From Trichoplax adhaerens (Eukaryota > Animalia > Placozoa), in the NCBI RefSeq assembly GCF_000150275.1, contig NW_002060946.1:5227454-5291453 (forward strand): a stretch of 64,000 nucleotides of DNA. The letters are read 5' to 3'. Both the position numbers and the translations under genes were made by a program. The notes under the pieces were generated by a model, which made no database searches, had not been told where the DNA came from, and saw only the letters and a program-made list of their open reading frames with translations. Shown one piece after another: positions 13,822 to 27,100 of this stretch; within the stretch, counting starts at the first letter, position 1; the number at the start of each line of letters is the position of its first letter.

Positions 13822-15451
13822 CTAAGCCATGCTGGTATTCCCGCCGTCATTGTCGTCTTGGCCTCCATCTCTATTACGCTGAGTAATAGGATAACTTACT
13901 TTCATACAGGCAAAGAACATACCACGCAATATATTTAATAAGCCAACAATGAATGCACCTATCAATCATACATATAAGTTGAATAGTTATGTTAAGCACA
14001 ATTCAATCGCTTGCTATTTATTATTATATTGAATTTAGATGTGCAATCATTTGATTCGACTGACCGATATAAATAGTGTAATAACCGCCATATTGACTTG
14101 CAGCGAAATACGTACTGACCTAGTTTACATATATAAATCACATCAATTACTCGAAGAATATAAAATTATTAGTTGTACAATTTTTAAAAGGAATAAAGAG
14201 GAAGCTAGGCGTAGTAAGTATTTAGTAATTGGATAATTTTTGATAAAACTCACAATTAAAATAATGCCAATAACGATGAAAAGTACTCCAACAGATATAT
14301 AGACGCTTGCTCTTCTCTTAGCATATTGTGGTCCAGGCGATGAGCTAATAAGAACAATGAAACTTTAATCTACTAGATTATTTTCAAGACTGGTCTTGAT
14401 TAAGATCTTTACTACTCACATTCGCTGACAGTGAGAGCACCGTACGGAAACATTGGTTCTGTTAAACTACAAGATGAAACCAAATAAAATACGTCAATAA
14501 AAAAATCTTGAAGTAGAATTTGTTTCATTAATTATTTCAAATTATTTGCAAGATATTTCTCATCGCTATTTTGGATACTTTTATCGAAATAGAAGCATAA
14601 ACGTACAAAGAATTCATGTTGACAATGACCACAGCTGTATCGTATCCCAGATAGGACTATGGGAATACCACGCGAAAGGGTGAAAATCGGTGCACTTGCT
14701 GCGTTGACCGTGGTAACATAATTGCTAATACAAGTAGACACATAAAACAATCAATATCAGCTATCGTAAACTAATCAATCTATTTTGTTGCAGCATACCA
14801 ATTTGATCTAGGACATCTGACACGGGCAGCATCTTTATTACAGATAAGAAGACAATTACAGACACAGCGAATATATTTTTTACCCTCGGGAGGATCTTTG
14901 ACAGGCTAGAATTATTTAATGAATCAATCAAGCAAAGCAATCAATTTTAATCATCTGATAGTAGAGTATATCAAAGATAATGAAAATAAAGAGATGACGA
15001 GTAGTCGTCAATTATTTTAGTGTAGCACTGAGCTACTATTAATCGCAAATGACCATTACTATAGCAATTTGGTCAACCTAAAAAATGTCTACTATGGCTT
15101 ACAATGGTCAGTTTGATTGCCATGTACTGAAAATTAAATAACATGTTTCTGATTGTCACTATAATTTACTACATACTCATCAATTCTAACTTACCGATAA
15201 TTCATTGCATTTTTCACATTTTACGGCGTGTTGATCACGACGAGTAGAAATATCAATTAAGTGTTGACAGACTTTGCATGCTAAAACAGTTCTTTCCCCT
15301 TCTTTCGTAGAATGACTGTAAGAAGGTGGTGGTTCGATAGGCGTAGAAGATGAATGAATTCCTCCAGACAAGGGTGGCGGTAGCAATGAATCATCTTGAC
15401 CCGACAGTGGAGGAAGTGGAGGGAGTTGGTTGTCTGATTGTTCCGATGGGC
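13822..15451 (-). CDS. PIP4P: TMEM55 / PIP4P family (PI(4,5)P2 4-phosphatase-like lysosomal membrane protein); first coding exon not located
   Basis: Minus-strand exons give [15 protein letters not shown]...CEKCNE and [33 protein letters not shown] (CX5R = CNKDAAR). They continue with [15 protein letters not shown], two hydrophobic TM segments and [10 protein letters not shown]...SMA*. About 7 exons. Confidence 0.92.
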
Positions 15452-18400
15452 CTATTAAATAGTGAAATGAATGCAGAGAGTCAATATATATTGCAATTTA
15501 ATTTTTGGTAACGCGGCGAAGGCATCATTTGCGCATTCCATATCAATAATAGAAAGAAGTATTACTATCTTGTTATTATTCATGGTTTCATATTGTTATA
15601 GCATCATTTTAATGTGGTTAGTCATGATGGTTATGGCTTCTACCATGACAAAAATATCTTGAGATAACTTTTTTTAAACATTATTATACAGCAGATGAGC
15701 AATTTTTTTTTAAATAGGCAACTATCCAAGTTGGCATTATTGAAGTTACGAATAAATTGATGTGCAAGCAAGCTTACGAGGATGATCTCATGCCAATCTG
15801 CTATTATTATTTTACTAAAAGATACAAGTATTTTAAACAGAGAATGATAATAACGCCATTTATTAACTTAGCTAGCAATTCGATAGTTGGAAATGAGGAA
15901 TCAACGGGTATACTTGAGTACTCGATATTGCCAATGGGTAGAATGAACGATTGTACTGTGATCAATCGTAAAACATGACAAAGCAATCCATTGATATAAT
16001 CTATCCCTTAAGACGGTACAAATATACATGTAGAATTAACAGTTGACATGGATACTCCATTTAATTTAAAAAATATCCGCAACAAGTCAATAAGGAGGAG
16101 GATTTTTGATTGCCTTTTTAATGATTAATGACCAATCTCTTTCAAACATTAAATTTACTATACTACTGGTAGGAGCTCCTTGTTCTAAGAATAATAATCA
16201 TAATAAAATGTTGGCAACGTGAAACCTTGTGATGTTCCATAGAGATTTGCACTATTTTTATAACATCGTTGTCAGTAGCAGTCATTAATTATTGACCTAA
16301 TGCGGACTGTAATTGGATAAAAGTATAAAAAATTTTTGATATTTGCCCATAGGAAATTAGGAATAGAAGAGATACCGCTAATATTTGAATAGTCAATTCA
16401 ATATAGCATAAAAACTTGCAATTCAATTATTAATTACGTAGAGTTCAATACATTTCTTTTTACTATAGTCTTTTAGTCATTTATATGACTATGTATACGC
16501 GTATATCCAATCCTCTTATTGAATTTAGTTTGTAAAACTGTTTTTTTCCGATTGCTAAGGTGATAAAACTACTACTGTACAGTGCCTATGTAGGGAAAAA
16601 GACTCTGCTCCATCGTCTGTTGAATATTACTGTAATGATAGGGTGATTAACATTCTTGGATGTTGATATCTAAACGGTGATATCGATATTAGCGTTTTTT
16701 TTTTTCATTCGTAAACTCCGAATTCATTCAATAGTACTCCCTTATGGCATTGGGCAATTACAAGCAATCATTGAAATTGATCATCACTGCTAGACATTGA
16801 TTCAAAGGCATATTGCTATCCAATATTGCACCATCTTCAAAATACGTTGATAGGAAATGGGCTTGCAGTCTTTTTAACAGTCAAATGCAATGAATTCTAT
16901 TCATTTCAAGAGTATTATGATTATAATCTTTACAGTAAATAAGCGAATTCACTAGTCGAATTGGACTTCAATACACCATTATAACAGGCTATCCATCAAT
17001 TTCCTTCGATATTGTTGAATGGCTGAGTAGGGGTTATTTGGATTAATAGTAAAAAGTCTAAAAAACATGTTACTGTCATGATGGAATATCTCATTATCTT
17101 AGACATCAATAAAATCAATGAATACTATTTCAAATGTGCATTTCATGACCTTTGACGTTGAACATTGATCGAATTATTTTGATCTTACTTATACGAGTAT
17201 ATCAATATTACAGTGATGACGATATCGGGCTATCGCCAATCTAGGAATCGTTAGCTAGGTAGCAACCATTTTGTTGATGCCTTTTTAGTCTGTGTATAAA
17301 GAGTTTAGCTACTTATCAAGTCGATAGTTACCATGCTGTATAAAGCAAAGAATGAACAATTCATTTCATCCTCATTGAACGATATACGAGTTTTCCTTTA
17401 GCGCTCCCATTTCAATTGATGTTGAGTAATGCGATAGCGCATTTATCTGCTCTGCTTGATGTGGATTGAAAATACTTTCTAGTGGATAGAGGAGTTCCAA
17501 TCTGTTGCTCGATCTATGTATTTGACGATAGATGCTCAACAACCATTTCATTGAGTTTGTTGATGTTGGAACAAGTCATAACCATGATATTTATTGAAGC
17601 ATGTGACATCCATGGAGCAAGAAATATTACGATCAGCGGTGTTATTGACGATAAAACTGATCATGAATGCATTAGAAATAATGCAACGAGTAAACCCTTC
17701 ATTGACTTTGTGATTTGCTTGGTTATAAAACGGTACAGGCAATTCTTTTTAGCGGTTAACAAATTTTACTTTATTGCTTTCATCGATTGGATTGATGGAA
17801 TAAAAAAAGATTCCTTTTTTTTCATCGCTAACGTAGTACTACTTTGTGTGGTTTATAATATGTTTTTTAATTGCTAGTACAGTATATGAATATTAGCAAT
17901 AACTATGATTACTAGATGTGTTTCTACTTGACTAGAGTTGGCTCTATTCGAATAGTGCATCTCCACGCGTACTCGTATAGAATGCGTACATTAATTCATA
18001 CCGTAAATGTACATGATGAAGATACAAAGTACAACTTGAAATTGTTCTCGGTTATATTCAGGTGCAACGAATTCAAATTGTATTTTAGCTAGTATAAGGG
18101 AAAAAGTCTATGAACACGTATATGGTAAAGCTGCAAAGTACAACTTGAAATGGTTACCGGCTATAGGCCCGGTAGAATGACTACCCTGAAAGTTATTTTA
18201 GCAGGAGTAGCCATACAGTATTAGGGGAAAAGGCATTTGTATCCTTTTGGAGAATTGGCTTCATTCATGACTGAAGTAGAGTAGCAAGAAAGCCTAGGAA
18301 AAGAGTTAGGTCTAACCGATATCACAGTAACCATTCAATTTGTGGCTGTTGAAATTTTGCATTCAGTTTTGCAGAGTTATAGACGGACCAAGGACAGTAT

Positions 18401-19283
18401 GCTATCTACCATCTACTTCGTAGAGTCATTACTGGCAATTCTATTCTTATTTTAACCGGAGATTGTGGCCATCCTAAACTAGCATGTATACTACTTTTAA
18501 ACGAATAATTGTAGCCAACACTGCAAGCAGCTAGTCTAACTCAATGGACTGCTATTTCCATTTTTTTTCAAGAAGGAAAATCAAATCCATACTTTATCTG
18601 TCTAATAATTGTGCGCGCGACATAATAGACTAGTAAGAAAATTAGAAATGGTCGTCTATTGCATATGCTGAATCAGTGCCTTTTTTCCGACTATCTAGGA
18701 TGACATTACAGTAGTTGGTTATGGATTTAGAGTGGAATTGCCTTGTATGTGCAAAGATTCGTTAAGAATTCTACTCCATACGCCCGTATCATGGCTGATA
18801 TATGGGGGGAATATTTTATGACGATTGAAAAAACCGACAAGAAAATGCACGTCGAAAGGGGAGGGGGAAGTACAGTATTCCATTACTAGAGTAGGATAAA
18901 ATGTAGGTACTTCTTACCAAGGATGAAAAGGTACAGTAAATCGATCTGTAATGCCAGTATTGGCCAAGATAGAGTCAAAGAGATGCTGTAAAATAAGAAA
19001 AGGCTATTCTATTCCTTTTTTTTCTTTCTTCCTCCAGTCCTGTCATCCTTTTTCATCCTACTAGAGTAATAAGATGAGACTCATTTTCCGACATTGCTCC
19101 ATTCTATCATCGTAAACGGTTGAACGTAAGAAAGATGAAAATAATCGCTAGGCAACCGATGGCATTCTACCTAAAACTTATGTTGTCCATTTTCATGTGC
19201 GTATTTTAGCGTTTCAAAAAGTTTCCTTCCGATCATCATTGGCCTATAGCATAGCCATTATGGTGGCCATTCTGCCCTTGATG

Positions 19284-20080
19284 CAGATTGTCAAGCGTCA
19301 AGAAGAAATGGTCTAATCCAATTGCCATGATAGGATTGAAGAGAGTGCAGTGGAATAACATCATGGCGTTCCCTTCCAGTCAGGCTATTGCAGTCTTGAA
19401 TACTCGATTCTCCTTGATATGGAGAATACTACCAGTCCTAACTGAATGTTAGTGACACTAGCCTAAATTGATTTTGTATTTTCTTTAATTACTGGGGGAA
19501 GAGAGAATATTTTGAGACTTTCGTTTTGTCATGATTGTACCCCATGACGGCAACGCATACTGACAGATTGTCAAGCGTCAAGAAGAAATGGCCTAATCCA
19601 ACTGCCAAGATTGGATTGAAGAGAGTGCAGTAAAATAAACATCATGGCGTTAGCTTGGAGTCAGGCTATGGCAGTCTTGGATACTCGATTCTCCATGACA
19701 TGGAGAACATTAACAGTCCGAACTGAATGTTAGTCATGCTAGCCTGAATTGATTTTGTATTTTGTAAATGGGAAAAGGGTGCAGTAAAATAACATCATAT
19801 CATTTACCTTGGAGTCAGGCTATGGCAGTCTTGGATACTCGATTCTCCCTGACATGAGAACATTAACAGTCCGAACTGAATATTCGTTATACTAGCCTGA
19901 ATTGATTTTGTATTTTTTTAATAGGGAATGGAGAATACGGAGAATCCTAGTTATGACAATATGAATACTATGATTGCTAATGATGGAGAAATCATCCCCG
20001 TCCTAACTGAATGTTAGTCATACTCGACTCGATTGATTTTGTATTTCGTGAATGGGGAAGAGAGAATGTTTTCGACTTTG
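19284..20080. repeat. Diverged tandem repeat, ~200-280 bp unit, 2 full and 2 partial copies
   Basis: cagattgtcaagcgtcaagaagaaatgg occurs at 19284 and 19564. The motif aactgaatgttagt...ttgattttgtattt recurs four times. Confidence 0.85.
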
Positions 20081-20861
20081 GTTTTGTCGTGTTGGTATGA
20101 TGGCGGCACTTATTGGCAGCCAGGGCGTTGTCGACTGGATAGTAAACTCTTTCATCGACAGTTCTCTACCCTATAGCAACAAGATGGCGGAAGGGAAGGG
20201 GACCAAAAATGGGAGAGATTGAAAGTAAACAAGGTTGCCCGTATCTACGGTAAAAAATGCACGACTGGCAGTGTGTATGGTATGATTGAATGTGGTGAAT
20301 GCGTACCATGACTGTCGTCATGCAAGCAATACCATATTTTTCTACACATCCAATAAGAGAAAATAATTTTCATCGTCGATCGATTTACCGCTACCCAACC
20401 TGTCATCATCAAAGTAGGATAACGATGAAAGATGATGAAAAGAGCGAGTAGTTGATGATTGGTTTGGATCGCTGTAAAAGAGACTCCGTTGTGATAGACC
20501 CTATTGGACAAGAGTAGCGTAGGCTAACAAGAAAAGGCAGCACTGGAAGTGATGGAAAACTTGCATGAAAATAGAAAGATGCGTTGTCTGCTGATGGATC
20601 GATCGATCCATCATCACTTGTGCTATCTTGTTACTCTACTGTACTTGGAGAGTACTAGTTCAGTCCATGATCGAAGTGGATCCAACTGTATTTTATGAGT
20701 AAGACGATGAAAGGGCAAGACGATGTAACTTATTGTAGGTCAAAGGCTATCATGGTCTCTGTAAACAACCACTACAAGCGATCGATACTGGAATGAAAAT
20801 AGATGACTGTGTCTTACAATGATCCAAGATAACTCTGACTGTCAGTTGAAAGTGATTGCAA

Positions 20862-20877
20862 GTGTGTGTGTGTGTGT
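20862..20877. repeat. (GT)8 microsatellite
   Basis: gtgtgtgtgtgtgtgt. Confidence 0.85.
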
Positions 20878-21359
20878 AAGTACAATTTAAAAGGATACGA
20901 TCAAGATTATTTCATCAGCAAAAGGATGAAAAGAGCAAGATGATGAAGTAGTTGAAAAGAGAAAAAGAGTGGTTGGACAACAATGGCAAGCAGGGTATTG
21001 CAAGGCGATTTTCAATCCCATACGATCATCATCTGTCTGGCTGAAAGTAGACATAGCAATCAATCTTACCTACGTATGGAGGCAAATCATGGAGATCATG
21101 TTCTTCTTCTGCATGAAGCAATAAAATATCATCCGAGTTGGACATGTTTGCAAATCGGAAAATGGCCCCCAGTCGACGTTTAGTATGAAAGAGAAGGAAG
21201 CGAGCGACAAGTCTATACTGTTTGTGCATGTGTCGTCGACACTGTCTAGTGTATCAGATAGGTGTTTATTCAATATAGTACCGTATAGGTTGATGTTGAC
21301 GATGGAGGTTGACCTACACAGTCTAGTCCGTGGGCTCGGGTTTCCAGTCCAGGGGCGAT

Positions 21360-21775
21360 TACAGTACTTTACACTGTAGTTGGCCGCTACAGTGTACACT
21401 GTACAGTACCAGGAGTGGCGATTGGGTTATCTTTCTTCGTCTTCTTGAGTATAGTATTGTATAAGGGTGCAACGCTCTGTCTTGGGACAGTAGTGCTATT
21501 TCTTTCAGTTCAAAGTATAGTACTGTACTGTACACTGTACTGTACAGTGACGTCAACATAATTGCTGACAGCTTGGTGTTACGTACCGGTACGGTTCGGT
21601 TCGGTTCATTTTTCATCGATATTCACCGTGGAGGTTGAGCTACAGTACCTTACACTGTACTCCGTTGCTACTGTACAGTATAGTATTGTACTGTACGTTA
21701 TAAGGCTACAGTATACAGTACTGTCGAACCTGACAATGTCACCGTGACTGGACGGACTGTACTAGTACAGTACGT
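21360..21775. repeat. ACAGT/ACTGT-rich low-complexity tract
   Basis: Dense tactgtac/gtacagta motifs, e.g. 21518-21548 and 21640-21775. Confidence 0.75.
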
Positions 21776-22157
21776 GTATAGCGCTCAGTCCCGCATACAA
21801 TCCTATTGTTGATTATTGCATGCTTTCCATTTCAGCCAATCAAGGGAAGCTGTCCGTCCGTTGTAGATTTCAATCATTGTCTTGCTGCTGTTCTACTCTC
21901 ATCCATAACAATGGGACACAAACTCGCATTCAAAACATACTATGGTGCTATTTTCCAGCCAAGCCAGTTGTAATCCATGGCTCTAATCAGTAGAAATAGA
22001 ACACGACAGTGCTGAAAGCTTGCTTGAAGATAGGCACTCATCATCATGGACTACTAGACAAAATACCATACCTTTTTTTCTATTTTTTAAACCAGCCAGT
22101 CAGTCTATGCCCGCTCCATGGCCTCCATGCTATGGACTAGAAGACTTGGATGGATGG

Positions 22158-23370
22158 CTCACTCTTGGACAGACAGACATTCCCTGCTTATTGATGACTC
22201 ACTCTTGGACAGACAGACATTCTCTGCTTCATTTGGTTAAAGTACTGTACAGTACAGTACAGTACTGTGCCAAACACTTGCTTCTGGTAGTAGTTGACTA
22301 GGCTGATGATTAGTACTGTGGACGTTAGCCAGTTTTAATGAACGAACGTACAGTACGAACGTCCAATTTGAACGTCGGACGTTCATTGAACGTACCAACG
22401 TACACAGTGTACAGTGTTAACACTACAGTATATACATAGTGTACACTGTACTGTACAGTACGGTATAAGACTATACTATACAGTACACTGTACTGTACGT
22501 AACAGCGTACAGTATACTGTAGTCATGACTAGTACTGTGGACGTTAGCCAGTTTTAATGAACGAACGTACTGTACGAACGTCCAATTTGAACGTCGGACG
22601 TTCAATGAGCGTACAGTACAGTACCAACGTACACAGTGTACAGTGTTAACACTACAGTATATACATAGTGTACACTGTACTGAAAGTGTTTGTAAAAGAC
22701 GTTTGTACTACTGTACTGTATGTACTGTACAGTATTGGGGTGGGATTATACAAACTGACTGTATACACCGTACAGTACTGTACACTGTACAGTTCGTCGA
22801 CGTCCGATCTGACAACGAACGTACATACCGAACGTCCAAAATCGAACGTCCGTTGGACGTCCAATCGCTCGACGTCTACAGCACTATACAGTAGTACTGT
22901 GGACGTTAGCCAGTTTTAATGAACGAACGTACGAACGTCCAATTTGAACGTCGGACGTTCATTGAACGTACCAACGTACACAGTGTACAGTGTTAACAGT
23001 GTACACTGTACAGTACGGTATAAGACTATACAGTACAGTATGTACAGTACAGTAGTACGTAACAGCGTACAGTACTGTATACTGTAGTCATGACTCTGAA
23101 ANNNNNNNNNNNNNNNNNNNNNNNNNNNNNNNNNNNNNNNNNNNNNNNNNNGGCTGATGATCAATGACTCACTCTTGGACAGACAGACATTCTCTGCTTC
23201 ATTTGGTCAAAGTACAGTACTGTGCCAAACACTTGCTTCTGGCAGTAGTTGACTAGGCTGATGATCAATGACTCACTCTTGGACAGACAGACAGACCCGT
23301 CTTCATTTGGTCAAAGTACTGTACTGTGTCAAACACTTGCTTCTGGCAGTAGTTGACTAGGCTGATGATC
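22158..23370. repeat. Composite repeat: ~105-bp 'cactcttggacagacagac...ggctgatgat' units flanking three ~220-bp ACGT/ACAGT-rich units
   Basis: A-units lie at 22158-22310 and 23152-23370. B-units start tagtactgtggacgttagccagttttaatgaacg at 22311, 22530 and 22892. An N-gap lies at 23102-23151. Confidence 0.88.
23102..23151. other. Assembly gap (50 N)
   Basis: Run of n. Confidence 1.
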
Positions 23371-24138
23371 GATTTGGAATGGACTGATGTTTCCTCAATC
23401 AAAGTCATATTACATTCAATCTTATTTGTCTCTTTCAAAATTCCGCTAGAAAAGAGTGGTACAAGATCATAGACGCTATGGCAATGAGTACCAGTGATTG
23501 ACAAAACAGATGTAGAAGAGATCCATACTATCTGTTTGAACGGCCTGATGGAGTCAGAAAAGTCCGTCTGTCCGAAAGGAATCCGACTGCAGTGGCACGA
23601 CCCTCCATTTCGGACAGACGGACTTTTCGGACCCCAATGAGGAACGTGTATGTCGAAAAATGGCGACATCCAGTAGCCTATCTCCTTTCTAAATCACCGG
23701 TACTCAATGAAAGGGTTCAACAACATCGATCCTCTTACAAAAACTCTTTCCTAGCAGCATTTAGCACAGCAAGAAGACAAATTAGTTTATTGCAAATCGA
23801 CTAACTGTCTACTAAACTACTGCCACCACTCGCAACCAAGTGTTTAGCACACCATTTTCAACGTCAGAAAAGCGGTCAAAGTCTGTCCGTCCAAGCGTGT
23901 TTCTACTGCGTCGAATCAGTACTGCCGCGACTCCTGTGGAAAGAAAATTACCTGGCCATGATCGACTGGTGTTTTACTACTGTATTTTATGGCCGTTTTC
24001 GACACTATACTACCAAGCCATCATCAAGTCAAGAGTACGTCCGAAACAACACCATCCAATTTAACCAATCACTACTGTCCAAGCTAGACAGCCATTTTCT
24101 CTATGCAATTCCACTCAACTCTGCCAAATGCAATCGGC

Positions 24139-24149
24139 CAAGATGGCGG
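24139..24149 (+). promoter_or_regulatory. YY1-like motif overlapping the ACIN1 start codon
   Basis: CAAGATGGCGG; similar motifs lie at 20180-20190 and 55277-55288. Confidence 0.4.
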
Positions 24150-27100
24150 AGCTAACCAAAGGCGATATTATGGGAATGAAAGTAGTAAAATTGAAGGAAG
24201 AGCTCTCCAAGAGACACTTACATGTTGGTGGCAGCAAAAGTGTGCTGATTGCACGCTTACTAGAGGTATTATCATCAACGTAGAGACTTGCTACGATGAC
24301 TACAACTGTGCAGACTATCATCTTCATCAATCATTTCTTGACTGGACAACAACGAGTTCAATTAGCTTGATGACATTGTAATCTTCCTTAGCAAGATGCG
24401 ATTCAAATCCTTCTGTATTCTGACTTAGCTTGCCTTTTCAAAATCAACTGATCCAACACTGATCGGCATGATCCAAAAAATACAGTCATCGCAACGTTAC
24501 TGCACATTGTAATCTTCCTTAGCAAGATGCGATTCAAATCACTCTGTGCTATATTCTCCTTCTGACTTATCTTGCCTTTCAAATCAACTGATCTGACACA
24601 AATCAGCATGATACAAAAAATAGTAACGTTACTGCACATTGTAATCAAATCCCTCTGTATTCTGCTTATTCATCCTAACGTTACTACACATTATAACTAT
24701 CGATTTTACTCGTTCAAATCCTAATCTCAAGTTCTCAACGCATCCACCAAGATTGCACAAAAAGAATCATCTTCCCTTAGTTTGACATGCTATTGTAGGC
24801 CATGGTACAATGATACAGAATGAGTCTACATCACTGTTTGTAATTGCCTACTCTTAATTTGAATACAAAATTAGTCAATACAGATATTCCCTTCATTACT
24901 AAACGTTAGAGTAGAACGGAATTCTACTGCACTTTCATGGACAAGGTTGCATTTCCTTTGCAACGTGGAAGCTATACAATGTTGGATAAGAATGATATTA
25001 TACAGGAGCAAATACCATTCAATCCATTCTACTACAATCACTGCTCTATTGCATTAATACCATAACTAGCTTAGCATTGCGTAAGTATTTTACATAACAT
25101 ACACTTATATATATTTTAACAGCATGTTAAAAAGATGGAAAAAGAAGCTGAAGAAGCAAAGGCCACAGGTAATATCAATTTGTCAATACCACTATTCGTG
25201 TTTCTACACTATCAATACCTGGTTGACAACGTTACCTGACATAGTACTATTGTACCCTTCTTTTGCCTCATTTTTACAGAAAATCAAGAAGCAATGGAAG
25301 AAAATCAGGTATGAAGCTGTAGAAAATCAATTTTATTTTTATCATCTTCATGAACTTTTCCCCATAACATGAAATAGTATTGTTTTCATTGCCAGTATAC
25401 TATCCTATGTAGTCTGAAAATCTGCACTTTGAATTTATTTTCAAGCAGTCTTGGCAAATAATAAACCAGGTCAATTCTTCATCCGGGAAGAATTACTGTA
25501 CTGTATACTCGTTACAGTATACAGAGTATAGCTTTTGTAAGAATGAGATGCAAGTAGACGGTCAATATGGACTATACTTCCGTTATTTTATAAAAGTGAT
25601 AGGATGTCGTTTACAAGCCTGTCATAGATATTACCATAACATACCAATGATATAGATCGACTGGATTATGAAAATGATGTAGGATTGATCTGCCGACTAA
25701 GATTGCTTATCTGCTAATAGAATGGCAGTAAAATAGCTTAGTTCACTTACTACGAGCGATATATATCGACTGCACAGTGTTATGAAAATTGTGTAGGAAT
25801 GATCCACTACCTAAAATTGCTTATCTGCTAATAGAATAGCAGTAAAATAGCATAGTTCACGTACTACGAGTGATATATATCGACTGCATTATGAAAGTTA
25901 TGTAGGATTCATCCGCCAACTAAAATTGCTTATCTGCTAATTGAATAACTAAGAGTGATATATATCAACTGTATTATGAAAGTTATGTACGATTGATCCG
26001 CCAACTGAAATTGCTTATCTGCTAATCGAATAGCAGTAAAATAGCTTAGTTCACGTACTACGAGTGATACATATACGACTGCAATATGAAAATTATGTAG
26101 GATTCATCCGCCAACTAAAATTGCTTACCTGCTAATAGAATAGCAGTAAAATAGCTTAGTTTACGTACTAAGAGTGATATATATCGACAGCATTATAAAA
26201 ATTATGTAGGATTGATCCGCCAACTAAGATTGCTTATCTGCTGATAGAATAGCAGTAAAATAGCTTAGTTCACGTACTACGAGTAATATATATCGACTGT
26301 ACAGTATTATGAAAATTGTGTGGGATTGATCCACCACCTAAGATTGCTTATCTGCTAATAGAATAGCAGTAAAATAGCTTAGTTCACGTACTACGAGTAT
26401 ATCGACTGTATTATGAAAGTTATGTACGATTGATCCACCAACTAAAATTGCTTATCTGCTAATAGAATAGCAGTAAAATAGCGTAGTTCGCCTACTACCA
26501 GTATATCGACTGGTTAATGTCTTAGATAAATTAAAATGGATGAGTATTTTTCAAATATTTTTAAAAGTCATCTTATGCATATCTCTAAATTTAGACTCAA
26601 GCTGAAGTAAAAGCGACAGAGGATCCTGCGCCAGCTGCTAAAGAAGAACAGCAAGTCGAACCTATGCAAGTTGAAACCGTTGATAATAATGACCAGGAGA
26701 TACGCGATAAGGTAGTGCATGTAAACATATCGCTCTGACATGAGCCGTTTTATTATTTTGAACAATCAGTTCACTATTCAATGAATTTTATTAGGAATCC
26801 GATAAATCGGAAGTTGTACCTCAGGAAATTATGCTGGAGCCAGATAAAAGCAAAATTGACAAAGCTTCTGCTAGTAACAAAGAAGTACGGGCAGAATCTG
26901 TAATGATGTGTTGTTACAAAATGAATAATGATTTTGTTTGATCTACTAAATTATCTTGGTATATATTGCTAATTTAATCATTTTCTGAATTTTCTAGCAG
27001 CCCCGTAAAAATAGTAGACAACTAGATGTGACAAAACGGAGACTATCTGGTTATAGTAAGTCAATTTTCTAGGTCTATCAGTTTATAAAATGATACCTAG

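Noticed and set aside
17482-17877. 131-aa plus-strand ORF and overlapping minus-strand ORF
   Set aside because: Non-ATG start, no recognisable domain and no exon chain; probably intronic or UTR sequence of PIP4P.
23152-23390. C/D-box snoRNA or hammerhead suggested by repeated ctgatga
   Set aside because: No GAAA core, terminal stem or recognisable rRNA guide; explained by the tandem repeat.
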